The notes under the pieces are model-generated. The model was not told the DNA's origin. It did no database searches and saw only the letters and a program-made list of their open reading frames with translations. Made by a program: the position numbers and the translations under genes. Shown here piece after piece: positions 60,996-64,000 of a stretch of 64,000 nt of DNA; the stretch's first letter is position 1; each line of letters opens with the position of its first letter. Source of the stretch: the human T2T-CHM13v2.0 reference genome, Homo sapiens; NCBI RefSeq assembly GCF_009914755.1, contig NC_060926.1; one strand, 5' to 3'.

Positions 60996-63900
60996 ATTTG
61001 AATATTGGCCCCTAATCTCCTCTGGCTCATAGGATTTCTACTCAGAGGTCTGCTCTTATGTTGGTCTAATGGGCATCGCTTTGTAGGTGACCTGACCTTT
61101 CTGTCTAGCTGCCTTTAACATTTTTTCTTTTATTTCAACCTTGGAGAATCTGATGATTATGTGTCTTGGTAATGATCTTGTAAAGTATCTTACTGAGGTT
61201 CTCTGCATTTCCTGAATTTTAATGCTGGCCTCTCTACCTAGGTTGGGTAAGTTCTCATGGATGATATCCTGAAATATGTTTTCCAAGTTGCTTACACTCT
61301 CCCATCTCTTTCAGAGACACCAATGAGTCATAGATTTGGTCTCTTTACATAATCCCATATTTCTCAGAGGTTCTGTTTGTTCCTTTTTGTTCCTTTATCT
61401 CTCCTCTTGTCTGATTCTCTTATTTCACAGGGCCAGTCTTCAAGCACCAAGATTCTTTCCACTGCTTGGTCTATTCTGCTATTAATACTTGTGATTGCAT
61501 TATGAAATTCTTGTACCATGCTTTTCGGCTCTATCAGGTCTGTTACATTCTTTTCTATCTGGCTACTTTGTCTGCCATCTACTGCAATTGTTTTATTGTG
61601 ATTCTTAGCTTCCTTGGATTGGGTTTCAGCATACTCCTGCACCTCAATTATCTTCATTCCTGTCTATATTCTGAATTCTATTTCTGTCATTTCAGCCATC
61701 TCAGCCTGATTCAGATCCCTTGCTGGAGATGTGGTGTGGTCATTTGGAGGAAAGAAGGCACTCTGGCTTTTTGAGTTGTCAGGGTTCTTGTGTTGGTTCT
61801 TTCTCTTCTTGTGTGGGCTGATGCTTCTTCAATTTTTGAAGTTGCTGATCTTTGGATGGATTTTTTTTCTTTTATCAAATTTGATGCCCTTGAGGCTTTG
61901 ATCATGATATAAGATGGATTCAGCTGACTGTTTTTATTTCTGGAAGATTTTAAGGGGCCAAAATTCAGCTTCCAACTCCTGGGCTGTGTACTTTAACTCT
62001 AGGAAACTTGTATCAGGACTTGACTTTGTTTTCTGGCTCCTCAAAGGTAGGAATCCATTGCACTGGGGAAGCCAAGGTGATCCTGGATTACTGGTCACTA
62101 CACTCTGATGGGTGGTGTCAGCCAAAGCATTTCACAGTGCAGTGACAGCGGGTTCCATCCTCATTCACATGTACCAAAAGCAGCTACAGCAACAGTGTGG
62201 TGAGGTATATGCTCATCGGTGGGGGTAGGGTGCTAGCGAGTGTCAGGGTGCCTGCCTCTATGCAGGCATTCAGCACAGTGGTGGAGGCAATGCGATTTGG
62301 TGGGGAAAGAGGCCTCTGCTGGCAACTATGCACATGGTCACATTGGTGGTGGTGGTGACACAGGGGCAGGGCACTTGTCGGTACATGTCTGTTTGCACTC
62401 TCTGTGCCACAAGCAGTGGTGCTCAGGGTGGGAGAGTGTCTGCTGTTTTCTCTTCCTAGTTTCACTTACACAGCAGTGTTGGCACAAAGGCAGTGCACTG
62501 CCAGGGGCAGGGTTGGCTGGCTCTGTGCCTGCCAAGGCTTTTGACTGCAATGGCAGTTGGCAGGAGAAGTGGGGACAGACTGCACTCTATCCATAGTAGT
62601 GGCAGGGCAGGGTGCATGCACACATGCATGCTGGCAGGGCAAAGAAGGCAAAACTGCCCTTGCACATATGTGCCTCGGCAAAGCAATGTGAGGTTTGCTA
62701 TGGGTGTGGGGGAAGCTGCAATGTGAGGAGGGAAGGGGTGGGCTGGTGCATGGCCATGGGGGCCACCCCACTGGAGCTCCCCACTAGTCAGGCATAGTCC
62801 ACCAGTGCAGCAGCTATGATGTGGGCTTCCAGGGCCAGTCTGGGGCCCCTTGAGAGGCCAGCAGACCAAGAGGTGCTCAGGTTGGACCAGTTTCATCTGA
62901 TGGGCAAGACCACCCTGCAGAGTTCAGGTCCTACAGTTCCCCTAGGGCTAAAAAGTCTCCTATGGGAGAAAGTAGAGACCAGGGGGATGGTCATCCCTGG
63001 CCATGCTCTGCTATAGATGCTCCTGCACCAAACCATCTAGGCTTCACATCAGCTGGCTTGCTGCCTCTACCACTTTTCTAAGCAGCTCTCTGTGAATTTG
63101 AGTGCTCATGGTAGTGGAGGAGTCTCCTCCTGCTGGGATTCCAGAGGCCCTTGGTGAGAGTGGGTTGCTCTTTGCCAGTTCAACTCACCCATTCCCCTAG
63201 AGTCACTGGGGACTAGGAATGAGTGCCAGTGCACAGTATGCCAGTGCAGGGTTCCTAGCTTCCTCCCACTTCAGCCCAGCTTCTGTGTCTTCCCTCCATC
63301 CACTCTCAGTGCCTTCCTTCTGAAGATCTATTAGGAGTGCACCAGATGTCTCAGTCCCTTGGTGAAAGCTGTTCCACCTGGCTGTCTAGTCAGCCATCTT
63401 GTCCTTTCCCCTTATGCTTCTTAAGTTTTCTATATACTTACTTAAAATTGTCCACATGTTCTGTGTTGTACTAAAAGGAGTATGTTAGATTCTAATGTGT
63501 TTCTATCCATGTCTTTTTACAATGCCTGTAGCTTTTGCTTTATATAGGAGTAACTATGTTATTTGGTGCATATATACCTATAGCAGTGTGAATTGTGTCT
63601 TTTAACATTAAAATGTTTTCTGTATATGTGAACAAGTTTCTTTTACATTATGCTACATAATTTTGTCTGCTCTGGACCAGAGCCCAGCAACCCTACAATT
63701 TCTGATCTTTATACTGCTGATCAATAAACATTTTGGTATAGAATGATATGCAATTTGATTTTGAGCTTAGTTATGTTTTATTAAATTGGTTCTTTATATA
63801 ATTTCTTGAGGTGTACATAGAGCAAATAGGGATATTCAAAGTATGATATTTAATAGCATTTTGATAGAAATCTCTCATTTAATTAGCTCTTTTTCCTTTG

Positions 63901-64000
63901 TTTTGGACTCAATACATATTTAGTATCTTAGAGTCACAGAAAATGTATTACAATTCTATTCACCCATTTCCAACTCATCAGTAAAATTTTCCCAACAATT

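Noticed and set aside
61900-63400. GC-rich ORF-dense region suggesting a gene promoter
   Set aside because: CpG-depleted 5'UTR of the old minus-strand L1PA

Overview
Primate (most likely human) repeat-dense, AT-rich genomic DNA with no recognisable host protein-coding exon. Main elements: (i) a full-length young LINE-1 (L1PA2-like, 7405-13518, +) with intact ORF1 and ORF0, an ORF2 broken by one nonsense codon, a mutated YY1 site, a 15-bp TSD and a 54-bp 3' transduction, inserted into a twin-primed inverted older L1PA that itself sits in an ancient L1M; (ii) a 5.5-kb HERV-H provirus (28050-33585, -) with both LTR7 LTRs, tRNA-His PBS, 5-bp TSD and the ACAAAAGA SOX motif typical of LTR7up; (iii) a decayed near-full-length older L1PA (56142-63410, -); (iv) many Alus, solo LTRs, MIRs and L1M fragments. 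Beyond the standard repeats, I see a recent ~242-bp non-tandem templated duplication (53746-53987 copied from 55049-55293), a ~200-bp foreign insert inside the old L1PA, and clusters of palindromes and micro-repeats. Subfamily names come from recalled consensus features, not from a database search. I found no evidence for a new gene system.
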